Assembly: GCA_964455555.1 (NCBI GenBank) | Contig: CAYVXV010000003.1 | Coordinates: 1,475 to 65,474, forward strand | From: an uncultured Pseudomonadales bacterium | Lineage (GTDB): Bacteria; Patescibacteriota; Microgenomatia; UBA1400; PJMF01 | Length of the DNA: 64,000 nt | Direction of reading: 5' to 3' | Shown here: piece by piece, positions 47,994 through 57,270 of the stretch | Numbering within the stretch: position 1 is the stretch's first letter | How the letters are laid out: every line of letters begins with the position of its first letter | The notes under the pieces: generated by a model | What the model saw: the letters and a program-made list of their open reading frames with translations, nothing else | What the model was told of the DNA's origin: nothing | Databases searched by the model: none | Program-made: the position numbers and the translations under genes

Positions 47994-48794
47994 ATGTTAA
48001 CTAAATTTTATACGCTATTCCGGCAAAACATCATGATTGCTCTGCAATTCAGAGCAGAAACCTTGCTGTGGCTGGTTATTGATATAGTGCCTTTCATTAC
48101 GATGATCTTCATCTGGAAAGCGATATATGCCGGCAGCACCGAGTTAAGCGGTTACTCTTTAAACCAGGTCATGCAATACTACTTTGTTATTGCCCTAATA
48201 GACCGGCTAACCTATGTACATTTTGAACCATACCGAACGGAGCAGATTAGGGAAGGCAAAATTGATTTTTACCTTGTCAGGCCAATTTCTTACAACAAGG
48301 AAATGCTTATCTCACACCTGAGCAGCAAAATTTTTTCAATAGTGCTGTTCGCCCCGGTAATATTTTTCTTCTTGATCGCCTTAAACGCACTAATCCCTGA
48401 TTTCACTTTCGCATTTCAAGCATCCTCACTGCCTGCATTCGCTTTCCTATTTGCAGCATCTTTCGCTATTCAGTTTATGATCGGCCTGCTAATCGTTTAT
48501 GCAACCTTTTGGCTTGAAGGCTCTCAAGGTTTAGAGCACTTTAAATGGATTGGGGTTGCTATGCTCAGCGGTACTCTGATGCCAATTGCTTTTCTGCCGG
48601 ATTGGCTATCCGGCCTCATCTTAGCATTGCCCCTAAAGTATCTTTATGCTGTACCGATATCATTAATTGATGGCAGTTATATCATGCAGTTATCTGATTA
48701 TCTTTACGCATCCGGCTTTATGGCAGCAATGTGGCTTTTGTGCAATTATGTATGGAAGTCGGCACAGAAGCAGTATGCTTCTGCCGGCGGATAA
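47994..48794 (+). CDS. ABC-2 type transporter permease (pair 1, subunit A)
   Basis: 6-TM ABC-2-like permease; paralogous to the 50676 gene (FRAETLLW versus YRTNVIMW region). Confidence 0.65.
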   Translation: MLTKFYTLFRQNIMIALQFRAETLLWLVIDIVPFITMIFIWKAIYAGSTELSGYSLNQVMQYYFVIALIDRLTYVHFEPYRTEQIREGKIDFYLVRPISYNKEMLISHLSSKIFSIVLFAPVIFFFLIALNALIPDFTFAFQASSLPAFAFLFAASFAIQFMIGLLIVYATFWLEGSQGLEHFKWIGVAMLSGTLMPIAFLPDWLSGLILALPLKYLYAVPISLIDGSYIMQLSDYLYASGFMAAMWLLCNYVWKSAQKQYASAGG

Positions 48795-48800
48795 TAGTGT

Positions 48801-49601
48801 ATGAAACAAACACTTAGAAAATATTGGCGGCTTTTTTGGTATTTCAGAAAACTTCAACTGATGAGGATGATGGAGTATCGCGGCGATTTCTTTTTCTGGT
48901 CCTTCGTCTCACTAATGTGGACATTTTTTAATATTTTCTTCTTTAGATTATTAATTTCTGTCAATGACAATATTGCCGGTTGGAACGAGTATGAGCTCTA
49001 TGCATTTATGGGAATTTACACCATGGTGGATGCTGTCTTCTGGTCATTCTTCTACTCGAATATGTCGGAGTACCGGACTACTATTTATGATGGCAAGCTT
49101 TCCAATCTGCTTCTCAAGCCAATCAGCCCCATCTTTATCATCTTGGTTCAACGCAATAGCTACAACAACATGCCTCGATTTTTTATTGGCCTAGGCTTAC
49201 TGCTTTGGTCGTTGAACAGCCTTGGAATATCCCCTACTATTGAGCAAATTTTTACTTTTTCTGTTGTTTTCATCACTGCTTTGATATTTATCTATTTCGG
49301 CTGGTTTATGATAACTACTCTAGCCTTCTGGGTAGAGCGGTTAAATAATATTATTGAAATCATGCCGGGACTCAAACAAATCTACCAGTTTCCTGCCAGT
49401 GTATACACAGGAATTTTTTCATTTGTGTTTACCGTCCTTTTTCCAATACTAATGGCTACAACATTACCTGCGGAAACACTTTTAAGGCAAACCAATTGGA
49501 CTATGACTGCCTATTTTATGGTTTTTACAGCAGGATTAATTGCAGCCAGCCTAAGGTTTTTTAACTTCAGCGTGAAAAAATACTCAGGTATCGGCAATTA
49601 G
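48801..49601 (+). CDS. ABC-2 type transporter permease (pair 1, subunit B)
   Basis: 6-TM permease; paralogous to the 51448 gene. Confidence 0.65.
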   Translation: MKQTLRKYWRLFWYFRKLQLMRMMEYRGDFFFWSFVSLMWTFFNIFFFRLLISVNDNIAGWNEYELYAFMGIYTMVDAVFWSFFYSNMSEYRTTIYDGKLSNLLLKPISPIFIILVQRNSYNNMPRFFIGLGLLLWSLNSLGISPTIEQIFTFSVVFITALIFIYFGWFMITTLAFWVERLNNIIEIMPGLKQIYQFPASVYTGIFSFVFTVLFPILMATTLPAETLLRQTNWTMTAYFMVFTAGLIAASLRFFNFSVKKYSGIGN

Positions 49602-49637
49602 CAATTTATTTCGAAGAAAGTGAGTTACAATAATTTC

Positions 49638-50663
49638 ATGCCAAAAAGCAAACAGTTAAACCCTTCAGCTGTCATCCAAGTCAAAAACCTTAGGAAGCAT
49701 TTTAAAGTCTATCATAAGGAGCCGGGGCTATCAGGGTCAATAAAATCACTTTGGAGCCGAAAATACGAGACTGTAAAGGCCGTTGATGATATCAGTTTTG
49801 AGATCAAGCAAGGGGAAATGGTTGGATTTATCGGTCAAAACGGCGCCGGAAAAACCACAACACTAAAAGTGCTCTCCGGCTTGCTATACCCCACCGATGG
49901 CCAAGTTCGGGTCCTGGGGTACAATCCTTGGGATCGAAAACCGGAGTTCCAGAAGCAGTTTGCTTTGGTGATGGGCCAAAAAAATCAACTTTGGTGGGAT
50001 TTGCCTGCCATGGAAACATTCTTGCTGAATAAGGCTATCTATGAGATTCCGGAAAAACAGTTTGACGAGACCCTCAACCGCCTTGTAGACTTACTGGATA
50101 TCCGGAAGATTATGCATGTCCAGGTCCGCAAGCTTTCCCTCGGACAACGCATGAAAGCTGAACTTGTGGCTGCACTGCTGCATAACCCCAAAGTGCTTTT
50201 CCTTGACGAACCCACCATCGGACTGGACGTGGTTATGCAAAAAACTCTCCGTGATTTCATTAAGAAATACAACGAAGAGTTTGGGGCCACAATTATTCTG
50301 ACAAGCCACTACATGGATGATGTTAAAGAGCTGTGCGAACGCGCCATTATTATCGACAACGGCCATAAGATTTTTGACGGCAAACTGCAAAATATAATCG
50401 ATAAATACGCTAGGAATAAAATCTTATCGCTCGTTTTCAGCCAAGAAATCAGCGAGAAAGACCTCACTCCCTACGGAGAAATTAAAGAGTTAGACCAAGA
50501 CGGATCAGCTTATACAGCCACCCTATTGGTACCCAGAAAATCCGCCACCTCACAAGCCGGCAAAATCTTGAACAAACTGCCCGTCCAAGACCTGAATATC
50601 GAAGAACCGCCTATAGAAGCAATTATCCGCGAGGTTTTCGGCGATACCAACAAATCCCGCTAG
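49638..50663 (+). CDS. ABC transporter ATP-binding protein (COG4586-like, with C-terminal extension)
   Basis: Walker A GQNGAGKTT, signature LSLGQRMK, Walker B LFLDEPTIGLD, followed by an extra about 100 aa C-terminal domain. The ORF track start is GTG at 49620; ATG at 49638 is used here. Confidence 0.85.
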   Translation: MPKSKQLNPSAVIQVKNLRKHFKVYHKEPGLSGSIKSLWSRKYETVKAVDDISFEIKQGEMVGFIGQNGAGKTTTLKVLSGLLYPTDGQVRVLGYNPWDRKPEFQKQFALVMGQKNQLWWDLPAMETFLLNKAIYEIPEKQFDETLNRLVDLLDIRKIMHVQVRKLSLGQRMKAELVAALLHNPKVLFLDEPTIGLDVVMQKTLRDFIKKYNEEFGATIILTSHYMDDVKELCERAIIIDNGHKIFDGKLQNIIDKYARNKILSLVFSQEISEKDLTPYGEIKELDQDGSAYTATLLVPRKSATSQAGKILNKLPVQDLNIEEPPIEAIIREVFGDTNKSR

Positions 50664-50675
50664 CCCTACTGACCA

Positions 50676-51467
50676 ATGCAAAAATATCTCACACTGCTCA
50701 AGCTATCCTGGGAAACCGGACTGGTGTACCGGACCAATGTCATTATGTGGAGATTCAGGCAATTTTTATTGACCCTGATGTCACTAACCATCTGGACTGT
50801 GATATTTGGCTCTCAGGAGGAGGTCTTTGCCTATTCCAGCTCCCAAATGATTACCTACATTTTTATCGCGGCTATCACCCAAAGTGTTATTTTGGCAACA
50901 GCCCTCAATGGGTTGGCTAACACCATTTACTCCGGTGCACTTAGCAATATCCTGGTGAAACCAGTTAGTTTGTTCTTATATTTTGCAGCGGAAGATTTGG
51001 CGGACAAACTAAAAAATTTTGGCTTTATAGTTATCGAAACAATTATCTTGTTTTTAATTTTCAAGCCACCGGTTGTCTTGCCGGAACCACCGGTGGTTTT
51101 GCTGTTTATAATCTGGATTCTAGCCGGCGCTGTGCTTAACTTCCTCATCACTCTTTTATTCGGTGCCATGGGTTTTTGGAGCCCCGATGTGTGGGGGCCG
51201 CGCTTCTTGTTTTTCATGATTGTGAGTTTTACTGCAGGAACTCTTTTTCCGCTCGATATTTTGCCGGCAACGTTTACCAGGATTTTATTCTTTACGCCAT
51301 TTCCATACTTTGCCTACATGCAATCCCAGTTGTTTCTGGGCCGAATAGCCGGAAGTGATATCTTATTGCACTCAATAGCATTATTTTTCTGGATTTTAGC
51401 CTTTGGATTTATAGTAAAAATGGTTTGGAGCCGCGGAATTAAAAATTATGCCGCTCAGGGACAGTAA
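50676..51467 (+). CDS. ABC-2 type transporter permease (pair 2, subunit A)
   Basis: Paralog of the 47994 gene. Confidence 0.65.
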   Translation: MQKYLTLLKLSWETGLVYRTNVIMWRFRQFLLTLMSLTIWTVIFGSQEEVFAYSSSQMITYIFIAAITQSVILATALNGLANTIYSGALSNILVKPVSLFLYFAAEDLADKLKNFGFIVIETIILFLIFKPPVVLPEPPVVLLFIIWILAGAVLNFLITLLFGAMGFWSPDVWGPRFLFFMIVSFTAGTLFPLDILPATFTRILFFTPFPYFAYMQSQLFLGRIAGSDILLHSIALFFWILAFGFIVKMVWSRGIKNYAAQGQ

Positions 51468-52266
51468 TATGTTTAACAGACTGATTTCTTACTGGAAGGT
51501 GTGGCACCTAATTGCCGGTAATGCTCTGCAGGAGACATTTGTAAACAGGTGGACAAACTCTCTATTCTTCATCGGTAAAGTATTCCGGTTGGCCATGACC
51601 TTGTTTTTGCTGCTTTTAATCAAAGAGCGGGTTCAAACTTTTGCCGGCTACAGTACAGATGAGATTATCATCTTCTTTCTTACCTATCAGTTTATTGACG
51701 TACTGGTACAAATACTCTACCGGGGAGTTTATATGTTTACCCATCAGATGAGAACCGGTGAGTTTGATTTTCTTTTGACTAAACCTATTAACGCCCTTTT
51801 TCAATCTCTGATGGGCAAACCGGATTTTACAGATGTGCTTTTTATTATTCCTGCCACTCTAGTAAGCCTCTGGATTGCACTGCAGTTGGATATCACCGTC
51901 ACCGGAGCCTCAATTTTTTGGTATTTAATACTGCTGGGCAACGCCTTCCTAATCGGCACCGGACTTCATATCTTAATTCTATGCCTTGGGATAGTCACAA
52001 CAAATATTGATAGTGCTATCTGGCTCTACCGTGACCTTATGCAAATGGGTCGCTTTCCTGTAAGCATATACTTAGAGCCCATTAAACTGGCTTTATTCTT
52101 TTTAGTGCCTGTAGGAATGATGATAACAATTCCCAGTGAAATTCTGCTGAACCGCCCACCAACTTATAGTGCTGTCATGGCGACTATCTTTGGAATCAGT
52201 TTTTTCTTAGCCAGCTTGCACATCTGGAAGTTGAGCCTGAAGCAATACAGCAGTGCCAGCAGTTGA
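51448..52266 (+). CDS. ABC-2 type transporter permease (pair 2, subunit B)
   Basis: Paralog of the 48801 gene. Overlaps the upstream gene by 20 nt; an alternative ATG lies at 51469. Confidence 0.65.
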   Translation: MPLRDSNMFNRLISYWKVWHLIAGNALQETFVNRWTNSLFFIGKVFRLAMTLFLLLLIKERVQTFAGYSTDEIIIFFLTYQFIDVLVQILYRGVYMFTHQMRTGEFDFLLTKPINALFQSLMGKPDFTDVLFIIPATLVSLWIALQLDITVTGASIFWYLILLGNAFLIGTGLHILILCLGIVTTNIDSAIWLYRDLMQMGRFPVSIYLEPIKLALFFLVPVGMMITIPSEILLNRPPTYSAVMATIFGISFFLASLHIWKLSLKQYSSASS

Positions 52267-52278
52267 TATAATCAAAAC

Positions 52279-52662
52279 ATGAAAAGATTTTTTAAAGAGA
52301 TTCAGAGTGCAGCCAGAGAAAGTTGGGAGGCAGGCAAGCGCAAAGCCCAAACCAACCAAGAACAAAAAAACAAGGAAGAATGGCTTAGGACCATCAGGGA
52401 GGATTTAATATATACGATCAATAATCCTCCTGATATTGATAAATCAGCTCCGGTCCTGTCCGAACTTGATGAGCTCATTGCCAGCAGAAGAGTACTGAGA
52501 ATCTTTAGCGCCCTGCCAAACTCGATTGTTTGCCTTCATTTAGGAAACTATGCCTATTACCGCTCCCAGCAATATACCTACGGAGCCGCAAAACCCTGGA
52601 CTGCAGAAGATATAAATGCTCACCTTAAGTATAGGTATGGAGATCTATGGCAGGATGTTTGA
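52279..52662 (+). CDS. Hypothetical protein, 127 aa
   Basis: ORF following the ABC genes. No motif. Confidence 0.35.
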   Translation: MKRFFKEIQSAARESWEAGKRKAQTNQEQKNKEEWLRTIREDLIYTINNPPDIDKSAPVLSELDELIASRRVLRIFSALPNSIVCLHLGNYAYYRSQQYTYGAAKPWTAEDINAHLKYRYGDLWQDV

Positions 52663-52725
52663 TCTGTAATGAAGCGTAAACCAAAAGCAGCCTTGATGGC
52701 TGCTTTTTTTCTTTCGATAGTATTT

Positions 52726-53238
52726 TTACCGCCTTGGTGACTGGCGCTTGCGTCGAGCGCTTCCTCCGCGTCCAGGTTTTCTTGTTTCTTTCATTCTTGG
52801 ATCACGGGTAAGTAGTCCTGCCGGCTTCAGCAGCGCCCTGTTTTCAGGGTCAAATTCTACCAATGCTCGCGCAATGCCGTGAACCATGGCATCTAACTGG
52901 GAAGAAAGGCCTGAACCACTAACTCTGACGGTGACTGCATATTTGTCTACTGAATTTGTCAATTCAAAAGGTACATTATAGATTTTTTTAGCTCCAGCAA
53001 TAGAACTAAAGTAATCAGAAACCATTTGATCATTTACAACAAATTCCCCTGCAGCCTCATAAAGACGCACTCTGGCAGAAGCCACCTTGCGGCGACCTAC
53101 AGCTTCAGTAAACCTGCCTGTTGGCATGTTGATATTTGGGTTTGCCTTAGTTTCCGCATCCGGTTTAGATCCGGGCTGATTAGCCTTTTTAATGATCTTT
53201 TTAACCTTATTTTGTTTCTTGTTTAGTTTTAATGCCAT
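52726..53238 (-). CDS. rpsI: 30S ribosomal protein S9 (with about 37-aa Lys-rich N-terminal extension, or start at 53127)
   Basis: GRRKVASARVRL and C-terminal KPGRGGSARRKRQSPRR match S9. Tight 21-nt spacing to the rplM stop supports the long form. Confidence 0.9.
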   Translation of the reverse strand: MALKLNKKQNKVKKIIKKANQPGSKPDAETKANPNINMPTGRFTEAVGRRKVASARVRLYEAAGEFVVNDQMVSDYFSSIAGAKKIYNVPFELTNSVDKYAVTVRVSGSGLSSQLDAMVHGIARALVEFDPENRALLKPAGLLTRDPRMKETRKPGRGGSARRKRQSPRR

Positions 53239-53259
53239 ATTTGCCTTGTTTAACTATGA

Positions 53260-53727
53260 TTACTCACCTACACCTGATTCTTTTACTTCAGAGGTATTTT
53301 TGGCTTTTGGTACTGGAAATTGGCTCTTATGTTTGTGTTCTGGCCCGGCATAAACTTTCAAACGGGCCATTCGGTCTGATTGAAGCCTATTTTTAGGAAG
53401 CATGTTCTTCACAGCCAACTCAATAACCCGCTCTGGGAAATCTTGCCTCAACTCGTCAAAGGTTTTCACTTTCAATCCGCCAGGGTACCCAGAGTGCCTA
53501 TAGTATTTCTTTTCAGTGGCTTTATTGCCTGTAACTTCAATTGCACCTGCGTTGATGACAACTACGTAATCTCCACTGTCAATGTGGGGGGTATATTCTT
53601 TCTTATTTTTTCCAATCAATAAGACCGACACTTCAGTAGCAAACCGTCCTAGAACCTTTCCTTTAGCATCCAGAAGATGCCACTTCCGCTCAACTTCGCT
53701 TGTTTTCTGCATGTATGATTTTTGCAT
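53260..53727 (-). CDS. rplM: 50S ribosomal protein L13
   Basis: KWHLLDAKGKVLGRFATEVSVLL... typical of L13. Confidence 0.9.
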   Translation of the reverse strand: MQKSYMQKTSEVERKWHLLDAKGKVLGRFATEVSVLLIGKNKKEYTPHIDSGDYVVVINAGAIEVTGNKATEKKYYRHSGYPGGLKVKTFDELRQDFPERVIELAVKNMLPKNRLQSDRMARLKVYAGPEHKHKSQFPVPKAKNTSEVKESGVGE

Positions 53728-53745
53728 TTTTGTCTGTCCAATAAA

Positions 53746-54225
53746 TTAGGCTTTGGCCACCTGTTTTTTAGTTTGTTTAGCTGGGGCTTTGACCCTAGAA
53801 ACCTTTGTTTTAGGTGAACCAGCCTGGACTGCCTTTTTTTCAGTGTTTTTAAGGCTGCCGGTCACAGCTGGTTTTTCTACTAGCTCCAACTTAACCATCT
53901 TGGTATTGTCACCACGCCGGCTGCCAAGTTCAGTAATTTTGGTAAAACCAGAATCTCTTTTAGCAAAAACAGGAGCAACTCTGTCAACCAAGGTATTTAC
54001 CACATCACGCTTGCCAAAAAATGTGTGCAGCTGCCGCCTAGTTGCCAAAGAATTGTCCCTAGCCTTTCCAATGAGTTTGTCGGCAATTTTCCTGGTTTCT
54101 TTAGCTTTTGCTTCAGTGGTGGTGATTTCACCATGTTCCACCAACTGGCGCACCAAATTTCTAAGCAAGGCTTTGCGGTTATTGGTGTCGCGGTTGAATT
54201 TTTTAGTTTTTACTCTGTGTTTCAT
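53746..54225 (-). CDS. rplQ: 50S ribosomal protein L17 (C-terminally extended)
   Basis: MKHRVKTKKFNRDTNNRKALLRNLVRQLVEHGEITTT matches L17; a basic C-terminal tail follows. Confidence 0.9.
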   Translation of the reverse strand: MKHRVKTKKFNRDTNNRKALLRNLVRQLVEHGEITTTEAKAKETRKIADKLIGKARDNSLATRRQLHTFFGKRDVVNTLVDRVAPVFAKRDSGFTKITELGSRRGDNTKMVKLELVEKPAVTGSLKNTEKKAVQAGSPKTKVSRVKAPAKQTKKQVAKA

Positions 54226-54236
54226 ACTAACTTCCT

Positions 54237-55181
54237 TTAGTCAGCCAGTTTAACGCCTTTTTTTTGCAATGCTTCATCAATTACATCAACGCTTTTTTCG
54301 CCGAGGTTTTTGACTTTCGCAACAATATCTTTATCAATTCCAACTAAGTCACCTACTGTTTTGAAACCGCCTTTTCGGAGAGCATTTGCAATCCTAGTGG
54401 GTAGATCCAGCTCTTCAACAGTAAGCCTGAGAACTTCAGCTTCTTCTGGAGACAACTCCTCTTGAGGTTCCTCCTCTTGAATCACAACTGGGTCGAACAC
54501 CTGGCTAAATTGCTTAGCTAGAATCCTAGCAGACTGGTGTACTGCCTCTGAAGGACTAATTGTGCCATCTGTGTCGATTGCTAAAATAATTTTGTCATAG
54601 TCTGTTCTGCGGCCAACGCGAGTCTGCTCCACATCGTAAGAAACTTTGACGATCGGTGAGAACAGTGCGTCAAGCATAATATCACCGATTGCCGCTGCTT
54701 TCTTGTCATCTGCAATCACATAACCCACGCCTGCTTCAGCAATCATTTCCATCTCCAGCTTGGCGCCTTTGGCTAAGGTAGCAATATGAAGGTCTTTGTT
54801 GATAATTTCATATCCAGCGGATGTCTCAATATCTCCAGCAGTTACCTCTGCAGGACCAGAAACTGAAAGGGTAAATGTTCCAGGATCCTGGCTTTCAGAT
54901 TTGATTCTGATTTGTTTAACATTCAAACTCAGCTCTAAAATATCTTCAGTCATTCCCTCCAATGAGCTGTAGAGGTGTTCAACGCCCTCCACTCTCATGC
55001 TGGTTAAAGCATGCCCGGGAAGTGAAGTAAGCAACACTCTTCTAAGTGAATTGCCTAGGGTGTGTCCATATCCCTGCTCCAAAGGCTCAATGGTAACTAT
55101 TGAACGAGTTTCGCTCTCTTTGGTCACTTCCGTTTGGAAAGTCGGGTTCATAGTTGGATAGCTTGAAATATCTTGACTCAT
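54237..55181 (-). CDS. rpoA: DNA-directed RNA polymerase subunit alpha
   Basis: Alpha N-terminal and C-terminal domain arrangement, in the conserved operon position after rpsD. Confidence 0.95.
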   Translation of the reverse strand: MSQDISSYPTMNPTFQTEVTKESETRSIVTIEPLEQGYGHTLGNSLRRVLLTSLPGHALTSMRVEGVEHLYSSLEGMTEDILELSLNVKQIRIKSESQDPGTFTLSVSGPAEVTAGDIETSAGYEIINKDLHIATLAKGAKLEMEMIAEAGVGYVIADDKKAAAIGDIMLDALFSPIVKVSYDVEQTRVGRRTDYDKIILAIDTDGTISPSEAVHQSARILAKQFSQVFDPVVIQEEEPQEELSPEEAEVLRLTVEELDLPTRIANALRKGGFKTVGDLVGIDKDIVAKVKNLGEKSVDVIDEALQKKGVKLAD

Positions 55182-55267
55182 ACTATTTTTCTCCTTGTTT
55201 CTTCTCCCTCTGCTAATTGCAGAAGAATCCGTTGCCGGGTAATTTTTATACTATTAAATATTGCTAA

Positions 55268-55876
55268 TTATCGACTGTAATACTCCACTACTAATTGTTC
55301 TTCTACACTTTCGCGAATATCATCACGCTCAGGAAGCCTTTCAACTTTTGCAACTGCCCGCTTGCGAGACAGCCATTCCGGTACCTCAATGCTTTCGGAT
55401 TCGAGCAGCTCCACAACAACAGGAACTTTTGCTCCTGAATCCTTGAGTACCACCACATCATTAACCTGAACGCGGTAGGAGGGCACATCCATCTTTTTGT
55501 TGTTTACCTGCAGGTGGCCATGAGACACAAGTTGCCTGGCAGCTGCCCTAGTTGGAGCCCAACCCAAGCGATATACAGTGTTGTCCAAACGGCGTTCCAG
55601 CAAACTAAGAAGAGCAGAGCCTGTAGCAGTGGGGTTCTTGCTGGCTTCCTCGTAGAGTTTCCTAAGCTGCTTCTCTAATATTCCATAAATATACTTTAAT
55701 TTTTGTTTTTCTTTTAACTGCACACCATAGTCAGAAAGCTTTCTGCGGCCTCTGGCACCGTGTTGACCGGGGCGGATCATCATCCTCCTGGCAACTTTAA
55801 GCGGATTCGATTTGAGACCTAGATCTTCACCGACTTTTCTGGTTAGCTTGTTTTTAGGACCTGTGTATCTTGCCAT
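55268..55876 (-). CDS. rpsD: 30S ribosomal protein S4
   Basis: MARYTGPKNKLTRKVGEDL N-terminus. Confidence 0.95.
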   Translation of the reverse strand: MARYTGPKNKLTRKVGEDLGLKSNPLKVARRMMIRPGQHGARGRRKLSDYGVQLKEKQKLKYIYGILEKQLRKLYEEASKNPTATGSALLSLLERRLDNTVYRLGWAPTRAAARQLVSHGHLQVNNKKMDVPSYRVQVNDVVVLKDSGAKVPVVVELLESESIEVPEWLSRKRAVAKVERLPERDDIRESVEEQLVVEYYSR

Positions 55877-55885
55877 AATTTTGCC

Positions 55886-56287
55886 TTATTTATTGTGCTT
55901 TGCTTTCCTTGGCCTAGTGCCATTGTGGGGATCAGGTGTTTGATCAACAATCATTGGCACCCTTATTCCCTGTGCCCTCAAAACCCTCAAAGCCACATCG
56001 CGGCCTGGCCCCGGGCCTTTCAAAAATACATCCATGGTATTCATACCGAATACTCTTGCCTTGCTAACGGCATTCTCTACTGTAATTGTAGCTGCATAAG
56101 GAGTAGACTTCCTCGATCCGGAGAAACCAGCCTCACCCGCTGTTGACCAGCAGACTACATTTCCCTTGTCATCTGTAATGCTGACCAAAGTACTATTGAA
56201 TGTGGCAGTGACGTACATTCTCCCTTTGGGGACTGTTCTGCTGATTTTCTTCTTAACGGTTTTTTTCTTTGTTCGATCTTGAGCCAT
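55886..56287 (-). CDS. rpsK: 30S ribosomal protein S11
   Basis: S11 signature and operon position. Confidence 0.95.
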   Translation of the reverse strand: MAQDRTKKKTVKKKISRTVPKGRMYVTATFNSTLVSITDDKGNVVCWSTAGEAGFSGSRKSTPYAATITVENAVSKARVFGMNTMDVFLKGPGPGRDVALRVLRAQGIRVPMIVDQTPDPHNGTRPRKAKHNK

Positions 56288-56322
56288 AAAATTTTTGGCA
56301 GATTGCTGCCAACCCTAATTTG

Positions 56323-56733
56323 TTATTTTTTGTCCTTGGAATCAAGTTTTGCTGCCATTTCTTTTGTCATGGATCCTACGGTACGGCGCCTGCCTGAAGC
56401 ACCCCTGGCATTGCGGGAGTTTGTCCTGGTCCGTTGTCCTCGGACCGGTAGCCCTGCGCTGTGGCGCATACCCTTATATGAACGAATTCTTTTAAGGCGG
56501 TCAATGTTGTCGTTTATGTCGCGGCGAAGGTCTCCTTCGAGCATCATGCCGTCAAGAGCCCTCTGGATCCTATTTAGCTCATCTGCGTCCAAGTCTTTTG
56601 CTCTCTTATCAAAATCAATTCTGGCGATAGTCAATACTTCCTGAGCTCTTGTTGATCCAACACCATAAAGATACTGCAGAGCAGCTAAGATTTTCTTTTC
56701 TTCTGGAATATCAACACCAATAATACGTGGCAT
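56323..56733 (-). CDS. rpsM: 30S ribosomal protein S13
   Basis: MPRIIGVDIPEEKKILAALQYLYGVG. Confidence 0.95.
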   Translation of the reverse strand: MPRIIGVDIPEEKKILAALQYLYGVGSTRAQEVLTIARIDFDKRAKDLDADELNRIQRALDGMMLEGDLRRDINDNIDRLKRIRSYKGMRHSAGLPVRGQRTRTNSRNARGASGRRRTVGSMTKEMAAKLDSKDKK

Positions 56734-56738
56734 ATTTT

Positions 56739-56855
56739 TTAACCCTGTCTCTGTTTATGTTTTGGATACACTGGACATACAATCCGCAATACCCGCTTGC
56801 GCCGGATTATTTTGCAGTGCATGCACATTTTTTTAAGTGATGATTTAACTTTCAT
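56739..56855 (-). CDS. rpmJ: 50S ribosomal protein L36
   Basis: Hand translation of the minus strand gives [38 protein letters not shown], which is canonical L36 with a C-x2-C...C-x4-H zinc ribbon. Too short to appear in the ORF track. Confidence 0.85.
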   Translation of the reverse strand: MKVKSSLKKMCMHCKIIRRKRVLRIVCPVYPKHKQRQG

Positions 56856-56918
56856 TCTTCCTTTATTTAGGCAGGGTTGAACTATACCTCAGAACTCGAA
56901 AAATTAAAAGCAGCAGAT

Positions 56919-57242
56919 TTACTGCGACTGGTTTTTTGTTGATCTATAGGTAATTTTACACTTATTGAGGTCATATTTTGTGATATATCCCTTGACAAAA
57001 TCGCCTGGCATAACCCTAATTCTGTACAGCCTCATTTTCCCAACCAAAGTTCCTAAGACCTCACGGCCTTTCATCGGTTCAACTTCAGATTCAAGCACCT
57101 TGACGCGGAACATAGTGTTCGGCAGGCACTCCTCAACTACACCCTCGATTTCAAACCTGTCATCGCGGGCTGCTTTTGCTCTGGTGGTGTCAACCTGCCT
57201 CTTAGTTTTAGCAGATCTTTTGTGATCTTGTACTTTTCCCAT
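56919..57242 (-). CDS. infA: Translation initiation factor IF-1 with about 27-aa basic N-terminal extension
   Basis: Core EIEGVVEECLPNTMFRVKV...GKMRLYRIRVMPGDFVKGYITKYDLNKCKITYR aligns with IF-1. Confidence 0.85.
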   Translation of the reverse strand: MGKVQDHKRSAKTKRQVDTTRAKAARDDRFEIEGVVEECLPNTMFRVKVLESEVEPMKGREVLGTLVGKMRLYRIRVMPGDFVKGYITKYDLNKCKITYRSTKNQSQ

Positions 57243-57270
57243 ATGAACTCTGTATTATATCAAATCCAGG

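Noticed and set aside
13348-49620. ORF-track start coordinates at 13348, 15383, 23765, 28773, 36514, 45920, 49620
   Set aside because: These begin at TTG/GTG codons, not ATG. Downstream in-frame ATGs (often with an RBS and giving canonical N-termini, for example recA 23834, cyclophilin 28842) were preferred. The longer forms are not excluded.
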